Shown here: positions 31,451 to 55,095 of the stretch, one piece after another
How the letters are laid out: each line of letters opens with the position of its first letter
How positions within the stretch are numbered: position 1 is the stretch's first letter
Assembly: GCA_009914755.4 (NCBI GenBank)
Contig: CP068257.2
Location: 7,616,001 to 7,680,000 of the forward strand
DNA length: 64,000 bases
Direction of reading: 5' to 3'
Source: the human T2T-CHM13v2.0 reference genome, Homo sapiens
Made by a program: the position numbers and the translations under genes
The notes under the pieces: generated by a model
Told to the model about the DNA's origin: nothing
Database searches by the model: none
What the model saw: the letters and a program-made list of their open reading frames with translations, nothing else

Positions 31451-32304
31451 CTCCCTTCAATTCTATGAAGACTTAGAGAGGTGAGGCAGCTGCAGAAGAA
31501 GAGTCTGAAGCTAGAAGAGCTTGTTTCTTGAAGTTTAAGGAAAAAAGTCTTCTTCATAACATAAAAGCGCAAGATAAAGCAGCAAGTACTGATGGAAAAG
31601 CTGCAGAAAGCTATCTGGAAGATAATTGATTAAGATGGCTACACTAAACAGATTTGCAATGAAGACAAAACAGCATTCTACTAGAAGGAGATGCCATCCA
31701 GGATGTTCCCAGCTAGAGAGGAGTTGATGCCTGGATTTAAGGCTTCAAAGGACATGCTGACTCTTTTGTTAAGGCCTAATGCAGTTGGTGATGTTAACAT
31801 GAAACCAATGATGATTTACTATTCTGAAAATCCAAGGGCCCTGAAGAATTATGATAAAACACAGCTCTGCCTGTACTCTACAAATGGGAACAAAGCCTGG
31901 ATGACAGACTATCGGTTTACAAATACGGTTTACTGAATATCTTAAGCCCACTGTCGACAACTACCGCTCAAGAAATAAGATTCCTTTCAAAGTATTACCA
32001 CTCACTGACAATGCCGCTGGTACTCAAGGGCTTTTACAGAGATGTATAAAGAGCTGAATATTGTTTTCATGCCTACTAACCCAACATTCATTCTGGTGCC
32101 CTTGGATCAAAGAATAATTTCAACTTTCAAGTCTTATCACTTAAAAAATATATTTCATAAAGCTATAGCTTCTCTAGCAAGTGATTCCTTTGATGGATCT
32201 GGGCAAAATAATTGAAAACCTACTGGAAAGGATTCACCATTCTAGACGCCATTGAGAACATTCATGATTTAAAAAAGAAGATCAAAATAGCAACATTAGG
32301 AGAA

Positions 32305-32650
<346 letters not shown>

Positions 32651-33177
32651 TCACCACTTCTGTGGAGGAAGTAACTGCAGATATGGTGGAAATAACAAGA
32701 GCACTAGAATCAGAGACAGAGCCTGAAGATCTGGCGAGACTGCAGCATCCTCTGGAGAAAACGTGAGAGGATGAGTTGCTCCCACGGATGAGCAAAGAAA
32801 GTGGTTTCTTGAGATGAAATCTACTAGTGGTGAAGACAGTGTAAACAATGTTGAGATGACAACAGATTTAGAATAAACTTGGTACAGCAGAAGGAAGGCT
32901 TGACAGGATTGAACCCAATGATTTACAATAATACATAAACTTAGTTGGTACTGCAGTACGAAGGTTTGACAGCATTGAATCCAATTTTGAAAGTTCTACT
33001 GTGGGTAAAAAGCTATCATCGTATGCTACAGATAATTCTTTTGTGAAAGGGAGAGTCAATTGACACAGCAAACTTCAATGTTGTCTTTTTTTAAGAAATT
33101 GCGACAGCCACCCCAGCGCTCAGCAACCACCACCTTACATTAAGGTAAGACCCTCCATCAGCAAGAAGACTGAAACT

Positions 33178-33440
33178 TGGCCAGGTGCAGTGGCTCACAC
33201 CTGTCATCCCAACACCTTGGGAGGCCAAGGTGGGTGGATTGCTTGAGCCCAGGACATCAAGGCAACATGGCAAAACCACATCTCTACAAAAAAAAATACA
33301 AAAATTAGCTGGACACGGTGGCATGCACCTGTAGTCCCAGCTAGTCAGGAGTCTGAGGTGGGGGTTTGATTGAGCATGAGGTTGAGGCTGCAATTACTCC
33401 AGCCTGAGCCACAGAGTAAAACCCTGTCACACACACAAAA
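33178..33440 (+). mobile_element. Alu SINE, older subfamily (inserted in Tigger1)
   Basis: ggccaggtgcagtggctcacacctgtcatcccaacaccttgggaggccaaggtgggtggattgcttgagcccaggacatcaaggcaacatggcaaaaccacatctctac... Confidence 0.9.
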
Positions 33441-33713
33441 AAAGATTGCAGCTTTCTGAAGGCTCAGATGACTGTTAGCACTTGTTAACAATAAAGTATT
33501 TGTAAATTAAAGTGTGCATACTTTGTAGACATATGCTATTGCACACTTTATACAGCACAGTATAAACATACTTTTACATGCACTAGGAAACCAAAAGAAA
33601 TTGTATAAAACTTTATTGCAGTGGTCTGGAACCAAACCCACATATATCTCTGATGCATGGCCGTCCTGTATTGTACACTTAAAAAAGTACTTAAGAGGGT
33701 ATATTTTATGTGA

Positions 33714-34020
<307 letters not shown>

Positions 34021-34151
34021 TCATTTTTTAAAAAGGGTGAGAATGAGAAATATATGGGGAGTGATGGTCAAGTTTACGGCATTATTTGTTGTGATGAGTC
34101 CTGGGGCGAATACTTATCTCTATACTCATTAAGATGTATATATTCGGTGTC

Positions 34152-35102
<951 letters not shown>

Positions 35103-35252
35103 AATTTTTAAATACATATAATTAAAAATTAATAAAAAACAGGTATTTGCAAGTTTCTGTTTTGTTATATGCTTATTATTCTTTATCTTTATGTCAGGTT
35201 GCTGTGTCAATACACTTAGGAGATCATAGTTTCTAAATTGAAATACAAATAA

Positions 35253-35594
<342 letters not shown>

Positions 35595-35774
35595 TAAAAT
35601 TTACATTTCTGAGTTAAGAATGCTTAAAATATTATAAAAACAGAAGCACAATTCATTATGTGTTTCATTAATTACCTTTATTAAAAACAACACAATTATA
35701 TTACAATAGGACAAAAAATGTTTTAGCAAATGAAAACGAAACCATGACATACTCAAACTCTGGAGGAGGCAACA

Positions 35775-36035
35775 AAGGCAGTGCTAAAGGCAAGCTTACA
35801 GCTGCAGATGCTTAAATTAAAAAGAAGAAAGATCTCAAACCCATGCTAAAGGGAAGCTTACAGCTGCAGATCCTTAAATTAAAAAGAAGAAAGATCTCAA
35901 ACCCGTGCTAAAGGGAAGCTTACAGCTGCAGATGCTTAAATTAAAAAGAAGAAAGATCTCAAACCCTTGCTAAAGGGAAGCTTATAGCTGCAGGTGCTTA
36001 AATTAAAAAGAAGAAAGATCTCAAATCAATAACCT
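35775..36035. repeat. ~58-bp tandem repeat x4
   Basis: ctaaagg(c/g)aagcttacagctgcagatgcttaaattaaaaagaagaaagatctcaaaccc(a/g/t)tg repeated four times. Confidence 0.85.
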
Positions 36036-37051
36036 AATATTACACCTGAAGGAGGAAAAAAAAAAACTAATGACAAACCAAGCAAAAGGAAGAAAATAAC
36101 AGATTAGAGCAGAGATAAGCAGAATAAGACCAGAAAAAAAGGAAAAAAAACACTGAGTTTGTTTTTTTAAAGATCAATAAAAATTTTAAAACTCACAGCT
36201 ATATTAAGAAAAAAAGAGAAATCTCAAATACTAAAATCATAAATAAAAGAGTTGACAATACAACAGATGCCACAGAAATGAAAAAGATTACAAGACACTA
36301 ATGTGAGCAACCATATGCCACAAAACTGGGCAACCTAGAATAAATTTATAAATTCCTAGAAACACAAACCACCATACTGCATCACGGAGAAATAAAAAAT
36401 CCAAAGAGACCTGTAACTAGTATGAAGATTCAACCAGTAATCAAAAACCCCACCAAAAAGAAAATTCCAGGTCCAGATAACTTCACTGGAAAATTTTACC
36501 AAACATTTCAAGAAGAATTAATGCCAATCCTCTGCAAAATATTCCAAAAATGTTCAAAAACCAGAAGGGGACATTCCAATCCATTCTATCAGGTCAACAT
36601 TTATCTGGTTCCAGAGCCAGATGAACACCTTTTGTAATAAAAACACTCAAAGAATTAGTAATATATGGAAACTCCTCAGTAAATAAAGATTATACATGAA
36701 AAGCTCACAGCTAACATCATACTCAATCGTGAAAAACTAAAATCTTTTCCTCTAGGGTCAGGAATAAGATAGCAACTTCTCTTCCTGCCACTTCTATTCA
36801 CCACAGCACTGGAATTTCTACTTAGAATAATTAGGCAAGAGAAAGTAATAAAAAGCATGCAAATTGGAAAGGAAAAAGTACAAAATTTTGTTCACAGACA
36901 ACATGATGTAATGTGTAAAAATTCTGAAATTCCACAAAATACTGGTAGAATAATGAAATTCAACAAAGTTTCAGGATATAGTAACACACTCAAGTCAGTT
37001 GCATTTCTATAAACTAACAATGAACAATCTGCAAATAAAATTTTAAAAAGA

Positions 37052-37758
<707 letters not shown>

Positions 37759-39849
37759 TTATAAATAAGCTTAACCAAGAGGGCAAAAGATTTGAACACA
37801 GAAAACTACAAAACACTGTTGAAAGAAATTAAACACAAATACATGAAAAGAAAAGCTGGGTTTGCAGATTAGATGATTTCATCTTGGAATGATGTCAACA
37901 CTACTCGAAGTGACCTAGATTCATTACAATCCTTATAAAGATTCCAATGACATTTTTGATAAACAGAAAAACCTATCTTAAAACTCATATGGAATCTCCA
38001 GTGCCCATGAATAGGCAAATCGATCTTGAAACAGAACAAAATTAAAGGTCTCAAAACAATTACAAAACTGCAATAAGCCAAAAAAAAAATGTGGTCATGG
38101 CATAAAGACACTCTTGACACACTTATGGACCAACACAACAGAGACCTTAGAAACCAACCCTGGCATATATGGTCCAATGACCTTCCACAAGGATGCCAAG
38201 ACCACTCAATGGTGAAGGACAGTTTCTGCAACAAATTGTGTTGGGAAAATTGTATATCTACATGCAAAACAGTGAAGTTGGACTCTTACCTTACACCACG
38301 TTAAAATTAATTCAAAGTGAATTATAAACCTAAATGTAAAACTAGAACTATCAAACTCCTAGGGAAAACAAATTTGGAAAATGCTTTATGATGATGAATT
38401 TGTCAATAATTTTTAGGATATGACATTAAAAGCTCAGGCAGTAAAAGCAAAAATATATCAAACCTAAAAACTTCTGTACCACAAAGGTCACAACCAACAG
38501 GGTAAAAGGCAAACTGTAGAATAAAAGAAAATACCAGTTGAGTGTCCCTTATTTGAAATGCTTGGGATGTGTTTCAGATTTTGTAATATTTGCACTATTC
38601 TTACTGGTTGAGCATCTCGAATTCAAACACCTGAGTCTGAGATGCTCCAATAAGCATTTCCTTTGAGTGTCATGTTGGCACTCAAAAAGTTTCAGACTTT
38701 GGAGCATTTGGGATTTCAGATTTTTGGATCGGAGACATTCAATCTATAGTTGCTCATCATGTATCTCATAAGAAGTGAACATACAGAATACGTAAAGAAC
38801 TCCTACAGAGAGACTACCAGAAGCAGAGAGGAGCAAACACATTTTCACACTAGGGCACCTCCTATCTCTCCTGGATTCCAATTAGGGCAGAGTAAGTGCT
38901 AGTTCTCTGCCAACCTAGGATTAGGCCCTGCAGCTGCAGTGAAAATAATCACAGAAGAAAACTAAGAAATAAAAAATGGAGAAAGTGAGACATCAAACTA
39001 GAATTACTAGAATCCCCTAGGAAGAAGGAAAAAAAAAACAAAACAGAAAAACAATCAAACCAGATAATTAAACCTTGGTGTGACCAGAAGATCAGGGTTT
39101 CCTAAAGGAGTGGAAATTTATTGACTTGAAGACGATTTATTGATTACTGATTTGAAGAGGAAGAAAAACCATGAATGGTCTAAAGCAAAAGCCTAGTGTC
39201 TGAAGAAGTCAGTAGGGTGAAAACAAGAGCTGGCCAGAATGTCCACAGATGGTGACAAGTTTGCAAAGCCTTTACTAGACTACTTGTGAGGCTAACTAGA
39301 GGCCAAGGAGCCAACACTGCCCTTGTCCTTACAGAGAGACCCTACACAGGATTCCCAGATATACATGGAAGGACAACATCTTATCAGGTCCTCTCTGTGC
39401 AGATGTGGTTATCATTCCAAATAATGAGCTCCAGCCCCAAGACTGTTCCATCCTCAATTGCTTTGAGTGGGCAATGTAGGCTTTCCACACACGAGCTACA
39501 TGTAGGTTCCTTGGGTACCCAGATGGGAGCCGTGAAACACAAACCTTCCATGGTCAGGTCCGTATCTGTTTCCTGCCTTTTCCCCAGCAATCCCCAGGCC
39601 TCAGCAGCAGTGGTCTACCTCTGCTGATTCTCATTCAGAATCTGAACTTAGAAACAATTAGAACCTAGACCCCAATTCTACCTGAAAGTAACAGAATAAC
39701 ATAATCTATACCCTGCAGCATGACTGTTTACCCAACGTAATGAGGATGAACTGAGAGATAATGAATGACCATGACCCTGGCCCAAGTAACAAGAATGAAC
39801 TGTGAGATAAATGAATGATCATGACCAAAAAACCCCACTACAACACAAC

Positions 39850-40262
39850 AACAAAATAAAGTGATTAAAAAATGGACAAAGAACATTTATCCAAAGATGC
39901 AAAGATGATATAAAAATAGCCAACAGATACATGAGATATATGAGAAGATGTGTAACATCACTAGTCATTAAAGAAATGCAAATAGAAACCACAATGGGAC
40001 ATCACTTCTAACCCAACAGAAAGTAACAAGTGCAGGTGAAACTGAAACCCTTGAACACTGTTGGTGGAAATATGAACTGGCTCCTCAAAAAAAACAAAAT
40101 AAAATGACCATATGATCCAGCCATCCAACTTCTACAGAGACAGAATAACTAGTAGCAGGACCTCCAACAGATACTTCCACACCTATGTTCACAGGATCAT
40201 TACACAGCCACAAGTGGAAGAAACCAAAACGTCCATCCAGGAATAGATGGATAAACAAAAGG

Positions 40263-40293
<31 letters not shown>

Positions 40294-40315
40294 AATATAT
40301 ATATATATATATATG
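39850..40315 (+). mobile_element. Ancient L1M ORF2 C-terminal fragment, then a (TA)n(GA)n microsatellite (40265-40315)
   Basis: Translation gives ...MQIETTMGHHF.PNRK.QVQVKLKPLNTVGGNMNWLLKKNKIK.PYDPAIQLLQ.... This is like L1 ORF2 [28 protein letters not shown]...[14 protein letters not shown]. It is followed by atatatatatatatagagagagagagagaaatatatatatatatatatat. Confidence 0.65.
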
Positions 40316-40659
40316 AAGAAATATTATTCAGCAATAGAAAGGAAGAAAATCCTGACACATCTGACACATAACATGGAACCTACTTACAAAACAACAAATA
40401 TTATATAAACCTAGGTATATAAGCCAAAGTTTTAGAAACACAAAGTAGAATAGTACTTGCCAGGAGGTGGAAGGAACGGGAAATTAATAGTTGTTGAATG
40501 AGTATAGAGTTTTCCAAGATAAAAAAACATCTAGAAATCTGCTACACAACACTGTAAATATTCTTAACTCTACAAAACTGTACACTTACAACTGGTTATG
40601 ATGGTAAATTTTAAGGTATGTGTTTGTTACCAAAATTCAAAATAATAAATTATTTATAA

Positions 40660-40950
<291 letters not shown>

Positions 40951-41071
40951 TGCCCAGCCTATAAAAAATTATTTCAAAAAGCCAAAAGATTAATCAAACT
41001 GGAATATTTAGAAATATTTAACCCAAAAGAAGTTAGGAAAGAATATATAGAAGATCAAAACACAGACTAAG

Positions 41072-41345
41072 GCCAGGCATGGTGGCTCATGCCTGTAATA
41101 TGAACAATTTGGGATGCCAAGGTGGGTAGGTTGCTTGAGCTCAGGAGTTCAAGATCAGCCTGTGCAACATGGCAAAACTCTATCTCTACAAAAAATATAA
41201 AAATTAGCCAGGTGTGTTGCCATGCACCTGTAGTCCCAGCTACTCAGGGGGCTCAAGTGAGGATTGGTTGGGCCTGGGAGGCAGAGGTTGCAGTGAGCCA
41301 AGATTGCACCATTGCACTACAGTCTGGGTGACAGAGTAAGACCCT
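41072..41345 (+). mobile_element. Alu SINE
   Basis: ggccaggcatggtggctcatgcctgtaatatgaacaatttgggatgccaaggtgggtaggttgcttgagctcaggagttcaagatcagcctgtgcaacatggcaaaactctatctctac... Confidence 0.9.
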
Positions 41346-41379
41346 GTCTTAAAAAAATAAACAAACAAATAGAAAATAA

Positions 41380-42180
41380 GTAGAAAAATGGCAGACCTAA
41401 ATCCAACCTTAGCAATGATTAGTTACAATGTAACTGGACAAATACTCTACTTAAGACAGAGACTGCCAGACCTGAGAGGAAAGCAAGACCCAACAATATG
41501 GCATCCACAGAGACACAATTTAAACACAAAGACACAAACAAAGTATGAGAAAAAATATGCTATGCAGACACTAATCTTAAAAATATGCTATCCAGACACT
41601 AATCATAAAAAGCTTCAACAGAGATGTTAACACTAGATGAAAGAGGCTTCAGAGCAAAATATATCACCAGAAATAAACAGGGTAATTTAATAAAAATAAA
41701 ATAATCAGAGAGGATGATGTTACAATTATAAATTGTGCCTCAAAGTGCACACAAATTACACACACACACAGAGCCTCAAAGTATGTGAATCAAAAACAAC
41801 AGACAAAAGCAGGAAATTGACAATCCAAAATTATAGCTGGTGAATTAATAGTGCTCTCTCAGTAACTGATGGAAGAACCAGATAAAAATATAGGAAAAAT
41901 ATGGATCTAAATGACAAAATCCTGACCCAAATGGTACTTGGCAGTACCAAGATAAACTGTATGTCGATCGATTGAGAAAAGGTTCAAGCCTGAAATAGTA
42001 TACAAAAGATGTTGTCTGAACACTCGAAATTAAATTAGAAACCAACAACAAATTGATATCCAGAAAAGCCTCAAATGTCTGAAAACCAAGTAATAAACTT
42101 TGAAATACCCTGTGAGTCAAAAAGTATTCAAAAGGGGAACTGGAATGTATTTGGAACAAACTTGTTATAAAAATGTCATT
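41380..42180 (+). mobile_element. Ancient L1M ORF2 N-terminal (endonuclease-domain) fragment
   Basis: ORF 41388-41630 (MADLNPTLAMISYNVTGQILYLRQRLPDLRGKQDPTIWHPQRHNLNTKTQTKYEKK) is a decayed match to L1 ORF2 ...[58 protein letters not shown]... Confidence 0.6.
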
Positions 42181-43439
42181 TCTGGTAGACTAAAGGTGAC
42201 AACTTCTTTCCTGCTCCTCTCTCTGTGAGGACCAATTCCCCTTAAACCTTGACCAGACTACTGACTTATTTGGCCAACAGAAGGTGACAAAGGTGGTATT
42301 TGGGGACTTCAGAAGCCAGGCTGAGAAAACAGAACACTTATCCAGGAGAAAGCCAGTCACCAGGCAGGAAATCCCACTACCCTGAGACATGATGGAAACC
42401 ACACTGCCAGTCCATGACTAGCTACATGCATTGACATCCCCCACTGAGCCTCCAGCAACACCGATTTCCAACAACTAGTGAGCCTCCAGCAACATCCACT
42501 CCCAACCACTAGTGAGCCACCCTGCACACCACCCCACTGTGCTTTCACACAATCCAGCTTGGCTGCAACTGTGTGTGAGATGAGCTGACCACCAAGACTC
42601 TCAAAGCCAAAAAACAAGTAATAATGAGTTGTTTTAAGCTGCCAAGTTTTGGGGATGGTTTCTTCAGAATAGAAAACTGGAACAGAATATGACCGCTGGA
42701 AATGAGCTGCTGTGGTAATCAGAAGCTACAATATGTGACACGACTGTGAGGCTGACCTGTAACTGGGCCTCAAGGAGACCATTCATGCAACCTGGAAGAG
42801 CATCAAGACTCTTGGTCAGGGCCTGAAGGATGGTGAGAAAATGTCATTGGAAACTGGAGAAAAGGCCTGAGAGTTACGTGCTGAGGGACTGTGGGAAAAC
42901 TACGGCCACAACATGGAAACTGAAAGGGCACTGCACCATCTCAGGGATCTGCCTAAGGAGACATCTGGGAAGAACATGGAAAGTGCTACCAGCCTCCCCT
43001 AACTGTCACTGAATAAATATGACAGGAGAGGGACATGATCTAAACAAGGAGGTTCAGTTTTCAAACAGAATTTAGAGAAAATATAAAGAAATAATTTCTT
43101 GTCTCAAAAGGCCAAAGTAGAAAAAAGAAAGAAAAGAAAAGGAAAAAAAATGAAAAAGAAGCCATTGAATACCCTATTGACCATAAGAAAAAGGCAGGGA
43201 AACTTGGTCAAAGGCAACCCAGGCACTGAAGGAAAAAGGACACAAACACCATTCTCAGGGACCAGGACTGGGCGCCGTTCTCAGGGACCAGGACTGGGCA
43301 CTAATCACAGAACTGTAACAGGCACCCCATGGGAATGACCAACTGTTAGACGGGGCCTGCAGGGCAGCACTTCCTTCTTGCCTCCCACCAACAGCTTCTA
43401 AAGGGAAATGCCGACTGTTTTCACACCAGTCCCCTCACT

Positions 43440-43680
43440 GCGGCTGAGTTTGTGGGCTCAGATGATAGGTCACCACAACCTGATTCAGTCCCCACTGTGG
43501 CTGTGTGTGGGGGGTCAGATGACAGGCCACCACAATCTGATTCAGTCCACACTGTTGCTGTGTCGGGGGGAGGGGCAGATGACAGGTCACCACAACCTGA
43601 TTCAGTCCTCACTGCAGCTGTGTGTGTGTTGGTGCAGATGACAGGCCACCACAACCTGATTCAGGATTCAGTTGGGCTAC
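43440..43680. repeat. ~55-bp tandem repeat x4
   Basis: tcagatga(t/c)aggtcaccacaacctgattcagtcc(c/t)cactg(t/c)(g/a)gctgtgt(g/c)(t/g)ggggg repeated four times. Confidence 0.85.
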
Positions 43681-44971
43681 CAGCCAGTGCCATAAGGAAA
43701 ACCATTCTGGGGCTCTTGAGAGGGGCAAAGCATAATTTGCATGTAGCAGAAATGTTAATAGTTTGCGACCAGAGGACAAGCTGTGGTTTATTAAAGACTG
43801 CTGCAGGTTCCTACTATGCTTCTCATCAAGAGGTGGAATCTAATCACCTTCCGCCCTTGAATCATGGCTGGCCTCAGTGATGAGTGCGACTGGGCAGTGT
43901 GGCAGGAGAGATGCTCTGGGACTTCTGAGGGGCGATCATGAGAGGCCTTACAGATTCTGCCTGGGCCTCTGGGACACACACCCTGGGAGAAACCAGACAA
44001 ACCTGACTACCTGACGCTGCCAGACTGGGAGGAAGTCCGTGCTGGCCACGAAGAGAGGGCTGGGTGCCTGTTCCATGTCCCCAGCCACTAGAGTCCTTCC
44101 AGATGAGACCAAGGACATCATGAAGCAACCAACCCACACCGCCCTGTCCAGTGTCTTGACCCAGAAAATTGTGACATGTAAAAAAATAAATTCCTGGTTT
44201 AAGCCAGTAAGGTTACTGGTACATTGTTACATCTCAGATAATTAAAACCTTGAAAAACTCATGAGAGATCACAAGTAGAACCTTGATCTGAAACGGCATG
44301 TAGCGATTTATATTGAGTATTAGGTTAAAAATGCAAGAATGGAGCATAGTTAATATTTTACGTTAAAGCTAAAACTATAATTGCCTACTTAAAATTTTCA
44401 GTTAATTAGGTTGTCACTTTTTGTTCTTAACCAAGAAATCAACTAGTTTTAGTCCATAAACAGTTAGAACTGATGCACACATCCGTTTCTCCTTACTCAT
44501 TTTAAACAGCTATCTGAAATAGGAAGCGTAATATAATCTTTAAAGAATCTGAAAACATGACAGAAATGTTTAAACTATAAACATATATTGTATATGTTAG
44601 CATATTGTATACATTGCATATTAACATAAGCTAGAATCATTGACATAAATTTATATAAACGAAAGGTGTAACATATGACAATGTTCTTCTTGATTTTTGT
44701 CTTTGCATATTTCTTTATTGGCCCTTGTCAAATGTGACCCACTAACTCCTGAATACTTTCTCCCTCCCCATTGATTCCTAAGGATGTCACCACAGTGTTG
44801 GCCAGATGCACAGGTCACAGGGGACTGAATCTCATCACCCCACAAACATACCATTCAGGTTTTGCCAAGAATGACACTGTAAATGTAACAAAGCTTCCGT
44901 GCTTGTTAGTGAACACCAACTCAGCTCCTCTCCTGTATTCAGAAATCAGGATGAGATGAAAACAACAAGCA

Positions 44972-45270
<299 letters not shown>

Positions 45271-45674
45271 AAAATAAAAGAACAAGGAAACAAAAGTAAC
45301 AAGGCTTGACACCAGATGAGCCTGAATCTAAGCAAGAAAAGCCCAGAAGAAATCCCATTTTGGGTCACTGGCTGCATGGTAGTAATACCATACACATAAG
45401 GGAAGAGAAGAGGATGTGGCTTTCAGTTTGAATTTTTTGAGCTTAAGGTAAATTTTGTGTAGCTACAAAGAAGCATTCAACAGAGAGTTAAACCTATGAT
45501 GGAAAGACTGAAGGGGTCCAAGCTGTAGAGAAACAGGACTGCAAACCACAAAGGGCTGAATCAGTCAAGGAGAACTGCAGGGCGGGATGAACAGGGACTA
45601 ATGGAACATTTGGATAAGCTGTTGAGAAGAAAGGAGAATTCAGAGAAAAAGAACTGTCAGTGAGGTCATAATAG

Positions 45675-46140
45675 AAACTGTTACAGTGAACTAAATATGG
45701 CCTGGGAAGGACTCTGTACTTCTAGATTTGAGTCCCTGTGGACAAACTGCAACCTAAATTAATAGGTAGAAAGACTGAAAACCTAACTTAGGAGTATGCG
45801 CCTGTAACTATAGCTGAGTCCTGGCCAATCCCAACTGCCAAACTTCTGCCACTCACACACTGCTGAGTGTTCAGCTGTGTTCAGATAAGGCAAATGCTGA
45901 GCACTGGAACCAGTCCAGTTGTTTCTGGACCTCACTGCTGAGAACTGTAAGGGACCCAGTTGCTTCTGGACCTCACTTCTCACTTCAGATTTCTGTACAT
46001 CACGTTCCCTTTATTGTCTATAAATCTTCCACCATGTAGCTGTGCTGGAGTCTCACCAAATCTGCTGTGATTCTGGGGGCTGCCTGATTCGTGAATCATT
46101 CATTGCTCAATTAAGTTCCTTTAAATTTAATTCAGCTGAA
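45675..46140 (+). mobile_element. LTR-like interspersed repeat copy, paralogous to 59305-59730
   Basis: ctaaatatggcctgggaaggactc...ggccaatcccaactgccaaacttc...ttattgtctataaatcttccacca...gctggagtctc.c.aaatctgctgtgattctggggctgc.tgattcgtgaatc.tt.att.ct.aattaa.ttcctttaaa is shared with 59320-59710 at roughly 80% identity. Confidence 0.5.
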
Positions 46141-47000
46141 GATTTTCTTTTAATAGATGGTGTCAGAAGTGGGATCTGTGGGAGCAGGACTGCTAGGGCC
46201 TCCGGAGCTATAGTGTGGTGAGCAGTGTTGCTAGGGCTTCTAATGACCCCCAGGAGTGCTGAGGTACAAGAAAGGCACCTGCAAGGACTGCTCTGTGATG
46301 GCAGCAGTGGTCCACGTGGAGCAGTTGCTACGGAGACACTGGCTGCAGTGGGGAGGAGTGGCTGGGGCTGTGCGCTCCTCGAAGCTGGTGGGAGCCAGGA
46401 ACGGGTGGGAGCCCCACCCCTTCTAAATTGGCAAGCAGGAGCCCCGCCCTCCCAGGCACAGCTGCAGCCATCCAGCCATGACTGCAAACCCGGGCATCTT
46501 TGCACTCTTAGAGGCCCAGCAAGCCCCCTGCCCCCACAGGCTCAGTCGTACCTGGTCCCACCATCTGGCATCTCTCCACTCCCAGAGCCCACTCCAACTT
46601 CGGATCCAAGTTGAGGCTGAACCCAGGCACAGTCGCAACCCGGCCCGGTTTGTGCAAGCTCAGGGCAGTGCTGACATGCCAGCCTCCTGCCACCTCAGCC
46701 CCCTCCAGACTTTGGGCAGTGACGAGCACAAGAGGGAGGTTGAGGTGGGTCTAAGAGTGGCTCAGCACTGGCCTGAAGGCACTCCTCAGCTCGAACAGCC
46801 TCAGCAATGTGGGAACAGCTAACCACAGTGCGTCTCTCTCAGCTGCTGAGAGCTGAACAGATTTTGGGATGACCTGCCTGCAGAAAGGAGTTACCCACTG
46901 CAGTTCTCCTCTGAGCTCTACTGTTGCTCAATAAAGCACCTCTTCACCTTGCTCACCTTCTACTTGCCCACATACCTCATTCTTCCTGGACTCAGGACAA
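46140..47000 (+). mobile_element. GC-rich ERV1-type LTR-like element (possibly LTR12/HERV9-like), with an R/U5-like end
   Basis: Ends with gagctctactgttgctcaataaagcacctcttcaccttgctcaccttctacttgcccacatacctcattcttcctggactcaggacaagaactcgggac, which contains AATAAA. It resembles the LTR12-family terminal region as I recall it, but this is unverified. Confidence 0.35.
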
Positions 47001-48492
47001 GAACTCGGGACCTGCCAACTAGCAGGGCTGAAAGAGGTGTAACATAAACAGGGCTGAAACGCACCCCTTGCTTACCAAATTGCAGGCAAGAAGAAGAGAA
47101 GAGAGAAGGAGACAAGAGCTGTGGCCCTTCAGGGAGCCCAGACCTAGGAGCTCCCCAAGCCAGGGCTGTGATGCCTTCTTTGGGGCTCTGCAGTTCCTGC
47201 ATCTCCAAGTTTCCAGGCACCACTGCATTCCCTGATACACACAGTGGAAGCTGTTTGCAGTCGGTCTGGTCCAGCTGCAGCCTCACAGGGAGCTGGCACC
47301 TGTGCCGGTACCTGGAGCTGCCCACCCCACTGCAGCTGGCATGCTTGGCTGTGTGCAGTGGTCAGATCCCATGCTTGCTTGCTCACACACCATTCACTGC
47401 TCTGTACCCAGCTCATCCTTGGCAGGTGTGGGATCCACACCACTAGCATGAGCCGAGTGGACAGAACGAACCCAGTGGGCCCGAGCAAAACACAGGTAAA
47501 GGCACCACCAGCCAGAGGTTTCAGGCAGAAAAGTGACGTCTCAGGATTCTGTAACACTTGTGCACTTTGACCTCTCAGAGCAGCTGGGGATCATGGTAAA
47601 TTCTCTCTCGGATTTCATAGCTCCATGGATTTGTGTTTTGAGCTCTGAGTTTCTTTGAGCAATTTTCTGTTCCAAACTGCTATCCAGCCATGACTGACTG
47701 GATGTTTTAGAACATCCAGAAACGGGACAGTGTCCAGGATCAGATTTGATCCAGTAGTTAACTGTCTTGAATCCAGTTCCAGTTAGAGACCTCCTACATC
47801 TGAATGGGTCAGAAGGAAAGTGGTAGTAAATGATAATTTTGGAGGGTTGTAAAATTTGGCTTTTGAAAATTCACAGGGATTTTTGTGTTCTACCCCTTTG
47901 TTTCATTTTCCTCGCACGCTTAGGTAGGAAAAAAAATCATTGGCTAAGTCAATCAAGGGAACCTGGGAGTAAAGACAATATATTAGGTAACAATAGGATC
48001 ATTAATTTCTGGAAAACTTAGTTCCTTCTGGCTAATTCATTAGGCCTGGGAAGCAGCAAAGTCTTACAGAAATGGCAAAATCTTACTAAAGATAACTTAC
48101 AGTGGAACATTCCAAATGAATAATGCCCTGAAGTGCATTTAAAAATGAGGGCTCCCAAATTAGTCTCGTCTAGGGATGCCTATTAATATGCAGAAGCTTC
48201 TAAAAAGATTTAGAGGTGGCACGGCCTATCTGAGAGCAAGTTTGGGTCTTACCAGTTTGACACTGGGTGCTAAGCAAAGTGGCACGTGTCTATGTTTTGT
48301 CACATGTATTTTGCTCTGAGCAGAATGAAAAATGTTAATTTGGTTACTCCAAGCAACCCCTTGGGCAGCATCTTACAAAGCTGAGTGGATTCTTCTTGTG
48401 GCTCCATGATTATCATTGTGATGCAGTTTGGCCCCAGAGCTATAATATGGTGAGGAGGGTGACAGAGCAAGACGTTATCTTTAAAAAAAATG

Positions 48493-48782
48493 GCCAGGGA
48501 CAGTGGCTCACACCTGTAATCCCAACACTTGGGGAGGCCGAGACAGGTGGATCACCTGAGGTCAGGAGTTCAGGGCCAGCCTGACCAACAAGGAAAAACC
48601 CCGTCTCTACTAAAAACACAAAATTAGCTGGGCATGGTGTGACATGTCTCTAATCCCAGCTACTCAGGAGGCTGGGGCGGGAGAATTGCTTGAACCTGGG
48701 AGGCAGGGGGTTGCAGTAAACCGAGATTGCATCATTGCACACCAGCCTGGGCAACAAGAGGGAAAATCCACCTCAAAAAAAG
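48493..48782 (+). mobile_element. Alu SINE
   Basis: ggccagggacagtggctcacacctgtaatcccaacacttggggaggccgagacaggtggatcacctgaggtcaggagttcagggccagcctgaccaacaaggaaaaaccccgtctctac... Confidence 0.9.
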
Positions 48783-48884
48783 GAAAGAATAATAGATTTG
48801 CCTATAAGGTTTTATGAAAAAGTGGGTGACATTTGGCTTTCTCTCTTTAAAGAAGATTTTCAGAAAATATTAAAAAATAATGGG

Positions 48885-55095
<6,211 letters not shown>
